Source of the DNA: an uncultured Spirochaetota bacterium
GTDB taxonomy: Bacteria; Spirochaetota; Spirochaetia; SZUA-6; CAVTHK01
Assembly (NCBI GenBank): GCA_963734495.1
Contig: CAVTHK010000011.1
Span: 384,001 to 448,000, forward strand
Length of the DNA: 64,000 bases
Reading direction: 5' to 3'
This document shows, piece by piece, positions 29,867-42,600 of this stretch (position 1 is the stretch's first letter; each line of letters begins with the position of its first letter). Under the pieces are notes generated by a model. It had not been told where the DNA came from. It was given only the letters and a program-made list of their open reading frames with translations, and searched no databases. The translations under genes were made by a program, and so were the position numbers.

Positions 29867-30854
29867 CTAGAGCTGGATGCGGCCGCTGATCGAGCCGCCG
29901 TAGTTGCCGCCCACCAGGTTGTACATGAGGGTGAGATCCAGCTTGAGCATGGCCAGGTTGAACGAGGTGCCGCCGAAGGCGCGGAAGCCCCAGCCGTTGG
30001 TGTCCGAGCCCACGAAGAAGCCCTTGCTCGGGTCGAAGCTCTGGCCGGTGGCCGCTTCGATGTCCGCGATGTCCGCGGCGTCCGGCGGAGTGCCGTCCAC
30101 CAGCACCGTCGACTCGAGACCGAAGGTGGTGCTGGTCACCGCGAGGGAGGCGCCCAGTGCCGACGTACGGCGTGATGATGAGCAGCTTCTTGCTGAGCTG
30201 CGCCTTGAGGTCGATGACGCTCGCCTCCCAGTCGAAGGCCGCGTCCGCGTTGCTCACGGCCACGGTGTGGCCGCCGACGCCGGTGATCGTCTCGCCGGGG
30301 ACGGCATCCTTCATCGTGACGTTGCCCTTGACGTAGGTGTAGCCGGCCCCGACGGACAGGGTGGGCAGCACGCCCCCCTTGATCAGCGCGTAGCGGACGT
30401 CACCGCCAAACATCAAGTAGTCGGCCGTGACGCCCGACGGCAGCAGCGCCTTGGAGTCAGCGGGAAGGAAGCCGAGCTTGACGCCGGCGTCGAAGGGAAG
30501 GATGAAGCCGCCCACGCGGGCCTCCACCGCCATGGCCGGGATGGGAACGCCCCATTTCTTGAGGTCGGGGTACGCGCTGGAGATCTGGCCGCCGAGCGCG
30601 TCATCCACCTTCTGGATCGACGCCCAGGGAACGGTCGCGGCGCCCACGGTCAGCCCGACGCCGAAATGGGGGAAGTTGCCGATGTAGGCGTCCGACCAGT
30701 TCAGGCCGATCGCCGCGTTCAGCGGCAGGGCCTGGGCCACACCGTCGGTGAAGTCCTTGAATCCCGCCTCATAGACGCTGAAGGTCGTCTGCGCATTTGC
30801 GGGGATGACCGCCAGGATCGCGAGACAAGCCAGGAGCACCATCCTCTTCTTCAT
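29867..30854 (-). CDS. Exported/outer-membrane protein of spirochaete type (Lsa36-like); frameshift ~30165
   Basis: GGAGG RBS, signal peptide MKKRMVLL...ANA, GLNWSDAYIGNFPHFGVG, EARVGGFILPFD.G.K and SKKLLIITPY.G; amphipathic beta-strand C-terminus (ISGRIQL) in ORF 29867..30139. Confidence 0.65.
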
Positions 30855-30990
30855 CGATGCCTCCACAACCGACAAATACATTAGCGCGGCCAGGCGGGAT
30901 TTCCAGCCTCGAGCGGCCAATCGCACCGTCGCGGTCGATTCGACGGCCGCCATGCGACCTTACGCCGCCACGCGCCGGCTTCGCGCGACC

Positions 30991-32091
30991 TTACAGCCCG
31001 ATTATCGGCCGGAGGCGCTCCACTTCGGAGAGGTCGCGCACCATGATGAGCAGCGCGAGGCCGGCGGGGTCGAGCCCGCCGACCAGCGCGCGCAGCTCCT
31101 CCGGCGCAAAGGCGCCGCGGACCAGCAGCGACCGGCCCGCGCGCTGGACCTCGCGGAAATGCGGGATCATCTCGGCGACGGGCGGGCCGCTGGCGTCGTT
31201 GTTGATCTCGAAGCAGCGCAACTCCTGGATCTCGAGAAAGGCATCCAGCAGGAACATGCTCGTCGAATGCAGATGGATGAACGCGCACGGAAAGGCGCGG
31301 GCCAGCGCGCGGTCGACGGGCTGCAGCAGCTCGCGGTAGAGGCGCGGCGAGTAGACCGCGCTCGCGTCCTCCTGCAGCCGCGCGATCGGCCCCGGCGCCC
31401 ACAGCGAGTACTGCCCGTCGAACCAGCCGCCGGCGAAGCGCGGGAGCCTCCGCCACACGGCCTCCGTCAGGGTTTTGAACATCCCGGCTGTGTGCGCCAG
31501 AAGCGCGCAGGCCCGCTCCGGCTCGTCCACGAGGTCTGCGATCGCCTGCGTGTGGCCGCGCAGCGCGCCGTGCAGGTCCGAGGGCCCGATCTCCGCGCTG
31601 TGGCTCACGGGAAAGCGGCCGGCCGCACGCTCGACGAGCGCGTCGGCGAAGGCCATGTACTTGCGGTACCAGGGGTGCCGCGGGTCGAGCCGCACGGCGA
31701 GCGCCTCGTCCCAGGAGAGGCCGCGCTCCAGGCCGAGCACGTTCTCCGGCAGCAGGCGCAGCGGGCAGCCGAGCATGGCGGGGAGAAACGGGATCGCCAC
31801 AGCCGAAGGGCCCGCGCCCCGGATCAGGTCGTCGTCGAGGGTCTCGCCTTCGCGCAAGAGGCGCTCGTGGTCGTCGAGCCACTCCGAAGGATCGACCATG
31901 TCGGGGGTGACAAAGTCGCGGCCCTGCCACGCGCGGCAGGCGGCGAACTCCGCGAGCGGGAACCAGCCGACGAGGGAGAAGCCGGCCAGCGGCCGCGCCG
32001 CGGGATCGCGGCGCCAGAAGGCGCGGTAGCGCGCGCACTTGGCAGGGTCGTTGCCAAAGGGGTGCTTCGAGGCTGCGGCGCGGCCCGGCAT
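30991..32091 (-). CDS. Uroporphyrinogen decarboxylase/MtaA-superfamily TIM-barrel protein
   Basis: AFWRRD...RP, GPSDL..ALRG, LQEDASAVYSP.LYRE...P.D and FIHLHS patterns. Confidence 0.6.
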   Translation of the reverse strand: MPGRAAASKHPFGNDPAKCARYRAFWRRDPAARPLAGFSLVGWFPLAEFAACRAWQGRDFVTPDMVDPSEWLDDHERLLREGETLDDDLIRGAGPSAVAIPFLPAMLGCPLRLLPENVLGLERGLSWDEALAVRLDPRHPWYRKYMAFADALVERAAGRFPVSHSAEIGPSDLHGALRGHTQAIADLVDEPERACALLAHTAGMFKTLTEAVWRRLPRFAGGWFDGQYSLWAPGPIARLQEDASAVYSPRLYRELLQPVDRALARAFPCAFIHLHSTSMFLLDAFLEIQELRCFEINNDASGPPVAEMIPHFREVQRAGRSLLVRGAFAPEELRALVGGLDPAGLALLIMVRDLSEVERLRPIIGL

Positions 32092-32098
32092 GGCGCGC

Positions 32099-32962
32099 CT
32101 ACCGCGTGAGGCCGATCTGGCCGCTCACCTCGACGGGCACCGTGGCGCTCTTCAGCAGCGGCAGCGTCGTCCCCACGGCAAGCGTCGCCGATAACGAATA
32201 GGCCAGCGGGGCGCGCCCCAGGAGCGTGTCGCGCACCGTGCGGCCGATCGACGCGAACTCGAGGTTCACCGGGATGTCGATGCGGCCGCTCTGCTTTGCC
32301 GCGATCTGGGCCGCGCGCCGCGAGGTGCCCGTGGCCCACCGCTGGCCGCTCACGGAGAAGCGGTAGTCGAGCGAGGCGAGGGAGAGGCCGAAGCCGTTAG
32401 GATTGGCGAGCTCCACGCCGAGAACGATGTTCGCGCCCTGCAGCGTCAGTCCTTCGAGCCGCACCGACGCCAGCCTCACGCGGGGGACATGCACGACGGG
32501 CAGCGTGCCGTTGTGCGCCGCGGTGACCTTCAACTTGCCCAGTACCGGCAGATCGAAGGCGAGGCCGACGGTGATCTGGTACGGCGTTTCGTCCTTGTCG
32601 GCGAGAGCGCGCACGGCGGCAAAGAGCTCGGTGTAGCGGAAGCTCATGGGCACGGGGATCACGGAGGAGCCTCCGGCGCGCAGTCCGACCTTCTTGTCGA
32701 CGGTGCCCTTGACCAGCTCGGAGCCTTCGATGACGAGGCTGTAGTCGAAGCCCGCGAGCTCGATGCCCACGGGGTTGGGGTTGGTGATCTTGAGGTCGAG
32801 ACGCAGGTCAGCGGTCTCGAATGAGAGGCGCTCGATCACGAAGGCCGCTACTTCCACCGTCGGCTTGCGGATCGCCGACGAGAGGTCGAACGAGGCGCAG
32901 GCGGTGAGGGCGGCTGCGACCAGGATCGCTGCGGCGATTCGGACGAGAGAGCGGATGTTCAC
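32099..32962 (-). CDS. LEA type 2 (WHy domain x2) lipoprotein
   Basis: GGAGG RBS, lipobox LTA-C, two NPN motifs (ITNPNPV, LANPNGF). Confidence 0.85.
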   Translation of the reverse strand: MNIRSLVRIAAAILVAAALTACASFDLSSAIRKPTVEVAAFVIERLSFETADLRLDLKITNPNPVGIELAGFDYSLVIEGSELVKGTVDKKVGLRAGGSSVIPVPMSFRYTELFAAVRALADKDETPYQITVGLAFDLPVLGKLKVTAAHNGTLPVVHVPRVRLASVRLEGLTLQGANIVLGVELANPNGFGLSLASLDYRFSVSGQRWATGTSRRAAQIAAKQSGRIDIPVNLEFASIGRTVRDTLLGRAPLAYSLSATLAVGTTLPLLKSATVPVEVSGQIGLTR

Positions 32963-33616
32963 GGCTTGCCTCCAAGGATCGTTCTCACGCTGGTGCGCTC
33001 ACCTGGACCGGAGCCTGAGCGTGATTCGGGTTGATCTCGAGCGTGCGCGTCCAGGCGTCGCGCGCCTCCGCCTCTGCAGTTTGCAGCAAGCGGCGCCCAA
33101 ATCCCCGGCTACCTGCCTGTAACCGTACATTTTCGGACCACGGCGCACAAGGCAGCGATTGAACAGCCTACCCTTCGTTACCACGCCGAAAACCTTACCG
33201 CCAGACTCGGGTTCCGTCGGCGCAGACGCCTCCTCCCGCCTCTCTGAAGGGCTGTCGGTCGGGCCGATAATGAATAGGGCAGATCTCGCGCGTGCTCGCG
33301 TGCGGGCCGAGCAGTCTTCGGAGCGTGCGTCCGCGCGAAGCGCTGCGCAGGCGCTTGCCAGTGTCGACGAGCCTCGGACTTCGGCAGTTGCGTGGGGTAC
33401 CATTTGCTGCTAAGGGGGGATGCCAAAGACGCCATCCGCTCAAGACAGCGATCGGAGAGGCTCGCACATCGGGCACTGTCGCGTCGAGGAGCCGGGTCTT
33501 GCGGTGGTGATCGCGTCTGCATCCGCGGAATGGAGACACGGCAGGCCACTCAAGGCAGACATTCCCCGTCCGTGCAGGCCGTGCGTCGCATGCCGCGCAA
33601 CCTGCGGCTCAGCCGT

Positions 33617-36600
33617 ATGCGTGATGGAGCCGGTTGCCGGTCCGCGCCAGCTCTCCCCTTGCCGCTTCTCATATGTCCTGCTGTTCCGGCGCCGTGTCAC
33701 ACCCCAGGAGCCACTGCGCTAGCAGGCGCGAGACGAACGGCGGCATCGCGCTCAGACAGGTTCTCGCGCCTCCGATCTTCCCTCACGCTGCTCCTTTTTC
33801 TGGCAACCTCGGTTCCCTCCGTCATGGCGCAGTCCTGGTACGATTCCGCATGGACAAGCAGGCAGAAGATAACGATCAACAGCAATGGGGCGGCCTATGG
33901 TCTGTCCGCAAGCCTGACCAGGTTCCCTTTCCTGCTCAAGATCACCGACGGCGGCAACGATCTGTTCGTCAGGGCCCAGGCGGGCGGGAACGACATTCTC
34001 TTCACGGCAGAGGATGGCACCACCAGGATCCCCCACGAGATCGAGAACTTCAGCAACGGGGGCACCAAGGACCTGACCGCCTGGGTCCAGCTGCCGACTT
34101 TCCGATACGACGCGGTCACCGTGATCTACATGTACTACGGCAACGCGAGTGTGGGGAGCCAGCAGCAGAAACGGGAGGTCTGGGACGCGACGTTCGGGAC
34201 GGTTTACCACCTCAAGGAAACCGGCACCGCCGGCAACTACGAAGACAGCACGCGCAACGCGAACGCCGGGCTGGGAGGGACGATCACCACCAACCAGGCG
34301 CCGACGAGGAGCACGGACAGCATTGCGGGATACAGCCAGGACCTCGACGGAACGGACGACTTTGTCAAAGTACCGGGCCTCATGGGCCAACCCGTAAACG
34401 CCACTGTCAGCGCATGGGTGAACCTCGATGCGCCAAGCAGTGCTCTCGGATCCACCGTCTTCTCCATCGGCGACAGCCTGGTTCTCAGCCTGGACCACGC
34501 GACACCAACGGGTCACGTGGTCGGCTTTTTCTATGACGGAGCGGCCTGGCGAGTGACTGACACGACCGTGACTGTTGCGGGGACAGGCTGGCACCATGTG
34601 GCCTACCGGCTGGACGACGCGGCGCACGGGTCGTACGTGTACATCGATGGCGTCCAGCAGGGCGCGGCGAACTACGCGGGAAGCCCGACGTACACCCTGG
34701 GGTCTGACACCTATATCGGAAAGCACGGCAACGGCTCGGCGGGAGTTGAGTTCAACGGGCGCATCGACGAGCTGAGGTTCTCCGGCGCGTCCCGGTCACC
34801 GGACTGGATCAAGACAGAGTACCAGACCCAGGCGGCCTCGGCGCAGGGGGCGCCTGCAAGCCCGGACACCGTGGACAACACCAGGTTCATCAAGCAGAAG
34901 GAGCGGCAGCTTCCCTATTTCCAGTACAAGCGTGCGCTGACGATCAACGCCGGCATGGTGCTGGGGACCCACACGGATTTTCCGGTCCTGGTCCACGTGA
35001 CTCTGAATCCTGCGCACGTGATGAACGCCAACGGCTACGACACCATGTTCACCGATGACAACGGCGTGCCTCTCTCGCACGAGATCGAGTCCTACAACAG
35101 CGGCACCGGCGAGCTGTGGGCGTGGGTGAAGGTGCCGACGCTGCAGAGCTCCGCAGATACGGTTCTCTATCTCTACTACGGAAACGGGAACCTCGTCTCG
35201 CCTCCGTCGGCGATGGCGGTCTGGAACAGCAGCTACGGGATGGTTCAGCATCTGAACAAGGATCCTTCCGGGTCGCAGACAGACAGCACCGCGAATGGGA
35301 ACAACGGCACCAGCAACGGCATGACTGCGGGCAACCTGGTGGATGCCATGATAGGAAAAGGCGTTCAGTTCGATGGGAGCCACTACATAACCGTGCCGAG
35401 CAGCGCGAGTCTGAATGCAACGGCCGCGCTTACCCTGTCCGCATGGGTCAAGCTTACCGACTCGACCAACGACCAGAAGATCCTTGGGAAGACCAACAGT
35501 CCCGCCCCCACCCGCGGTTATCTCATTGGGGCGCAGACCGCCGGGCTGTACCCCGAAACCTGGGACAGCCTGGGTACCCACAGGACCTTCAACTCCGGTA
35601 CGATCACGTCCGGCCAGTGGACCTATCTGACGCTCACGTCGACCGCCAACGGCAATATGATCGGCTACGTCAATGGCGTCCAGGTGAACAGCATCTCGGC
35701 CGGCACCAACAACCTGGGCACCAGCGCCGGTGCTTTGGTCATGGGCGCCGCTCCCTGGGATCCGACCCAGCTCCGTGCGACCGGAACCCTGGACGAAACG
35801 CGTGTTTCAACAAGCGTCCGCTCCGCCAACTGGATCGCCACCGAGTACAACAACCAGAGCGACACGACGATAGGGGCCGGCAAGTTCATCAAGAGCGTCG
35901 GGGCGGAGACGACGGCGTATCCCTCGTGGTGGAATGCGAGCTGGAATTACCGCAAGACCTTGACTCTGAATGCAGACAAGGTGGGAACGAACAACATACC
36001 CAAGGACAACAGCGACCTGGCAAACATGCCGGTGCTCCTGAGCTTCACGGATGCGGAGATCGGGTCGGCCGCGCAGTGGAGCGGAAACGACATCGCCTTC
36101 ACGATCAACGGACAGAAGCTCGATCATGAGCTGGTGAGCTTCGACAGGAGCTCGGGCAAGATGATCGCGTGGGTGAAGATCCCAGCGATCTCCTCGTGGA
36201 TGGACACGAGGGTGGACGTGTATTATGGGAACCCCGCCGCCTCGAACCAGCAGAATGTCGCGGGGACATGGAGCAACGGGTTCTCCGGCGTCTGGCACCT
36301 GGAGGAGGCCGGCGGAGGGGTCACTTCCGTCTACCGGGACAGCTCTCCGGCGGGCAACGACGGCACCAGCGGCACGTTTACCGTTACCGGCACGCCGACG
36401 GCCGGGCCGGCGAAGATCGCCGGCGGACAATCCTTTGACGGCATCGCCAACACCATCACCACCTCCTGGACGATCGCAAATCCCCAGGAGTTCACCCTCT
36501 CCGCGTGGGTAAATACGAGCTCGACCACGGGAAACAAGATCATCGGCTTCGAGAATGCCCAGACCGGAACGGGAACTACGATCTTTGACCGGTCCCTGTG

Positions 36601-39600
36601 GATCGGGACGGACGGAAGGGCCTACTTCGGCTGTTACAGCGGCACTACGGACATCGCGGCGTCGGCCTTAACCTACAACAACGGCGCCTGGCACTACCTG
36701 GTAGGTGTACGCAACGACACGACGGACACGCTCACCCTGTACGCGGACGGAGCGCAGGTGGGCACGAAGGCGAATGCGAGTGCGGAGGTGAGGACGCAGT
36801 GGTGGCGAATCGGGAGCTACAAGAACGTGGGCTGGACGAACGGGGCTGATGGGTACTTCCCGGGCACCCTTGACGAGGTACGCATATCCTACGCGGCGCG
36901 GAGCGCAGACTGGGTCAAAGCTGAATACGTCAACCAGAACGCACCGGGGAGCAACATCACCATCGATCCGCCTCCCACCCTGTGGACCTGGACAGGGGCT
37001 TCGGGAGCCCCCTGGTCGGTCAACGGGAACTGGGATCAGGGCATTTATCCGAACGACAACACGCGACAGGTCCTCGTTGGGGGGACGGGTGGTCCGCAGC
37101 TCGGGGAGAACATCGCGATCAAACGCCTGACGATCGAGGCGGCGCACAGCGTCGATCTCAACGGGTACACGCTGTCGATCGATGACGCGAACGGCCTGGA
37201 AAACCAGGGCACGGTGTATTTTAGCGGCAGAACGGGAGTGAGCAGCGACGCGATCTCGCGGATGGACACCACGTCGGGGACGGTCGTGTATCGGACGACT
37301 GCCGCGTCGATTCGGGACTTCGGGGCGGTCGATTACTACAATCTCACTGTCGACGGGATCACGGCGGACCTGGTCTCCGACATCACGGTGGCGGGAAATC
37401 TGGCCCTTGCGAACAACGCCACGCTGAACCTGAACGGTCACACACTGACGGTCCTGGGGGACTCGACCGGAACGGGGACAGTGGCCGCGGGCAGCGGGAC
37501 GCTGGTGGTGAAAGGTAATCTGACGGTCAGCGCTTTGTCGTCCACGACCGGAAACATCCAGATTGCCCGCATTTTCAACCCCGGCGCCTTCACGGCGGGG
37601 ACGGGCACCGTGGAATTCATCGACCCTGCGTGGAACGGGGAGATTCTGGGCAGCCGGACCTTCAACAATCTGAGGATCGTCACGCCGGGCAAGACCGTGC
37701 TTTTCCAGAACGGCACGACACAGATAGTGGCGGACTTTACGGTCACCGGCACGATCGGCTCGCAGGTGAGCCTGCGGAGCACCACGGACGCAAGCCAGTG
37801 GACCATCACGCCGACCACCAAGTCCGTGAGCTACGGGTACGTAAAGGACAGCATCGCGAGCTCCGTGATCAGCGCGAACAACAGCACCGACGGTGGGAAC
37901 AACAACGTCAACTGGCAATTCAACTCGGCCGGCCAGCTCCACCACTTTGCCATCTCCGCGATCGCCAGCCCCCAGATTGCCGGGGCGCCGTTCTCGGTCA
38001 CGATCACGGCGCAGGACATATTGAACGCGACGGTGGCGGGATTCACGGGCACGGTGACGATCAGTGACCGCACGGGAACTGTGACACCCCTGGTGAGCGG
38101 GAGCTTCGCGGGCGGGGTGCGGACCGAGACGGTGATCATCGGAGCCGCGGCGACGAACGTCACGATTGTGGTCAACAACGGGACAATTGCGGGCCAGAGC
38201 GCGAGCTTCGACGTGCAGGCGTATACGCCGTTCGTCGGTCTCATCGGCCACTGGAGGTTCGACGATGGCTCTGGAACGACGGCGATCGATTCGTCCGTGA
38301 GCTCCAACCCCGGGACGCTGGTAAACGGTCCGACGTGGACGGCCGGACGCGTCGGGGGCGCCGTGAGCTTCGATGGGACCGACGATTACGTGACCGTGGC
38401 AAATGAGGCCACATACGACGTCACGGGCAACCTGACTGTGGCGGCATGGATCAAGGTCGATACGTTCACGAAACAGTGGCAGTCGATCGTGACCAAGGGC
38501 GACAGCGCGTGGAGGCTGCTTCGCAACAACCTGACCGACGCCCTGTGTTTTGCCGGGACCGGACTGACAGCCGACACCGTGTATGGAACGAGGAATGTCA
38601 ACGACGGTCAGTGGCACCATGCGGTCGGAGTGTACGACGGCACCAGGCTGTCCCTGTACGTCGACGGCACTCTGGACGCGTCGGCCGCGTCGACGGGCGC
38701 GATCGGCACGAACAACTACAATGTGTTCATCGGGGAGAACGCTCAGGCGACGGGACGGCAGTTCGACGGGCTGATCGACGATGTGCGCGTCTACAACCGG
38801 GCCCTGAGCGCCACTGACGTCTCCGCTCTCTACTACGACCCGACCTCCGTCGTCACCATCACCGCTCGTCAGACGGAAGACGCTGACGGAGACGGCCGCA
38901 TCGATCGCATCAAGGTCACCGCCAGCGAGGCTCTCAACGACGCTTTTGCCGGCTTGACGGTCACGGTGTCGGGCTACACGCTCTCCCTGCCGACCAGCTA
39001 TGACACCGGCGGCACTGCCAACGATGCGGTGTTCTATGTTCTCATCAACGAGGGCGGAAGCCCCGACTCGGGGGCGACGCCTGCGGTGCGGATCACGGGC
39101 AACAGCAGCCTCAAGAACCTATCGGGCACGAGATGGGTTGCCCCGGATCCTGCAGCCGTGCCTGCGACCGATCTTGCGGCACCCGTTCTGAGCAGCGTAA
39201 GCCGCGCCGACGGCGGCAACAACGGTGCGGGCGCCGGGGATACCATCACTCTCGTCTATAGCGAGGCGCTGTCCGCTGCCTCGATCAGCGCGGCCCTGGT
39301 GGGAGCGAACGCCAACAACGCCCTGGCCGCGGGGAGCGGGAACATCACTGGCGCTTTGGCCGACATCATCGCAGAGTCAGGCAGCTTTGCCACACCGACG
39401 ACCGCGACCGCGAGTGCAACCACCCTGACCTTGAGCGCCGACGGTCGTACCGTGACCGTTACGCTGGGCGGGACCGTTGTCGACGGCGTGTTCCCCGCGG
39501 GCGTGTTTACCCCCGTCGCCACCTACGGCGATACGCACGGCAACGCCGCGAACACCGCGGCCACACAGACTGCCACGGGGACGTGGGACGGGACCGCGCC

Positions 39601-42600
39601 GCAGCTCGTGAGTGTCACCCTGGCCGACGCAGGCAACGCGGGGGCGGGAATCGGCGACACGATCACCCTGATCTACAACGAGGCTTTGTCTGCAGCTTCG
39701 ATTTCTGCCGCCCTGGTCGGGGCCAACACCAACAACGCCCTGGCCGCAGGCAGCGGGAACATCACCGGCGCTCTGGCTGACATAGTCGCGGAGCTGGGCA
39801 GTTTCGCCACCCCTGCGACCGCGACCGCAAGTGCAACCACCCTGGCGCTGAGTGCCGACGGGCGGACGGTGACCATCACGCTCGGTGGCACTGTGGCCGA
39901 CGGCGTGTTCCCCAGTGGCGTCTTTACGCCGGCAGGGACCTACACCGACCGCTATGGTGCCAACACCATCAACACAACAGTCACGCGGACTGCCGGCGGG
40001 AGCTGGGACGCGACTGCACCTCAGTTGGTGAGCGTCGCTCTGGCTGACGCGGGGAACGCAGGCGCAGGGGTCGGCGACACTGTCACGCTGGTCTACAACG
40101 AAGCGCTGTCCGCCGCTTCGATTTCTGCTGCGCTGGTCGGGGCCAACACCAACAACGCGCTGGCCGCGGGCAGTGGGAACATCACCGGCGCTCTGGCCGA
40201 CATCATCGGGGAGATGGGCGGATTCGCCACCCCTGCGACCGCGACCGCGAGTGCAGCCACGTTGACCTTGAGCGCCGACGGGCTGACGGTGACCATCACC
40301 CTGGGCGGCACGGTGGCTGACGGCGTGTTTCCTGCCGGCGCCTTTACCCCTGCGGGGTCCTATACCGACCGTTATGGTGCCAACGTCGTCAACACCAGCG
40401 TCACCCAGACTGCCACTGGGAGTTGGGACGCGACCGCGCCGCAGCTCGTGAGTGTCACTCTGGCCGATGCGGGCAACGCAGGGGCCGGGGTCGGCGACAC
40501 GGTCACCCTGATCTACGACGAGGCGCTTTCCGCCTCATCCATAAGCGCGGTGCTGGTGGGTGCCAACACTAACAACGCCCTGGCTGCGGGAAGCGGGAAC
40601 ATTACCGGCGCTTTGGCCGACATCATCGCAGAGTTCGGCAGCTTCGCCACACCGACGACCGCGACCGCGAGCGCAGGCGCCCTGACACTGAGCGCCGACG
40701 GGCGGACGGTGACCATCACCCTGGGCGGAACGGTGACTGACGGCGTGTTCCCTGCCGGCGTGTTCACGCCGGCGGCGAGCTACACGGATGCGCACGCGAA
40801 CAGCGTCGATGTCGCGGTGACCCAGACCGCCAGTGGGAGCTGGGACGCGACAGCGCCGCAGATAGTGAGTGTGAACCTTGCCGATGCAGGCAACGCAGGC
40901 GCGGGGATCGGCGACACCATCACGCTGGTCTACAACGAAGCGCTGTCGGCAGCTTCGATCAGCGCGGCGCTGGTCGGGGCCAACACCAACAACGCGCTGG
41001 CCGCGGGCAGCGGGAACGTCACGGGCGCCTTTGCCGACATCATTGCGGAGCTGGGCAGCTTTGCCACACCGACGACGGCGACCGCGACTGCAACCACCCT
41101 GACGCTGAGTGCCGACGGGCGGGCGGTGACGATCACGCTCGGCGGGACTGTGGCCGATGGTGTCTTCCCTGCCGGCGTGTTCACGCCGGCGGCGAGCTAC
41201 ACGGACGCGCACGCAAACAGCGTCGATGTCGCGGTGACCCGGACCGCTGGCGGGAGTTGGGATGCGACGGCGCCGCAGTTGGTGAGCGTAACCCTGGCTG
41301 ACGCAGGCAACGCGGGGGCGGGAGTCGGCGACACCATCACGATGGTCTACAACGAGGCGCTTTCCGCCTCATCCATAAGCGCGGCGCTGGTGGGTGCCAA
41401 CACCAACAACGCGCTGGCCGCGGGCAGCGGGAACGTCACGGGCGCCCTGGCCGACATCATCGCGGAGCTGGGCAGCTTTGCCACACCGACGACGGCGACC
41501 GCGAGCTGCAACCACCCTGACCGCTGAGTGCCGACGGGTTGACGGTGACCATCACCCTGGGCGGAACGGTGACTGACGGCGTGTTCCCCGGTGGCGTCTT
41601 CACCCCCGCGGGGACCTACACCGACCGCTTCGGCGGCAACGTGGTAAACACCAGCGTCACCCAAGCTGCCGGCGGGAGTTGGGACGCGACGGCGCCGCAG
41701 TTGGTGAGCGTAGCCCTGGCTGACGCAGGCAACGCGGGGGCGGGAGTCGGCGACACGATCACGCTTGGTCTACAACGAGGCGCTTTCCGCCTCATCCGTA
41801 AGCGCGGCGCTGGTCGGGGCCAACACCAACAACGCGCTGGCCGCGGGCAGCGGGAACGTCACGGGCGCCCTGGCGGACATCATCGCGGAGCTGGGCGGCT
41901 TTGCCACCCCGACGACAGCGACTGCCAGCTCAACCACACTGACCGTGAGCGCCGACGAGTTGACGGTGACCATCACCCTGGGCGGGACGGTGACTGACGG
42001 CGTGTTCCCTGCCGGCGTCTTCACGCCGACGGCGACCTACACCGACCGCTTCGGCGGCAACACGATCAACACCGCGGTGACGCAGACGGCCGCGGGGAGC
42101 TGGGATGCGACGGCGCCTCAGTTAGTGAGTGTCACCCTTGCCGATGCGGGCAACGCAGGGGCGGCGACGGGCGACACTATCACGCTTGTCTACAACGAGG
42201 CGCTGTCGGCCGCTTCGATTTCTGCGGCGCTGGTGGGCGCCAACACGAACAACGCGCTGGCAGCGGGCAGCGGCAACATCACCGGCGCCCTGGCCGACAT
42301 CATCGCGGAGCTGGGCAGCTTCGCCACGCCAACGACCGCCACCGCGAGTGCAGCGACCCTGGCGCTGAGCGCAGATGGTCGTACCGTCACCCTCACCCTG
42401 GGCGGCACCGTGGCTGACGGAGTGTTCCCAGGCGGACTCTTTACTCCGGCTGCCACCTACGGCGACACGCACGGCAACACAGTGAACACCGCGGTCACCC
42501 AGACTGCGACCGGGACCTGGGACGCGACGGCGCCGCAGTTGGTGAGCGTCACTCTGGGTGACGCAGCAAACGCGGGGGCCGGGGCTGGCGACACTATCGG

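Noticed and set aside
33420-33722. 100-aa ORF after AAGGGGGG
   Set aside because: The SD abuts the ATG, the codon usage looks non-coding and no domain is recognisable.
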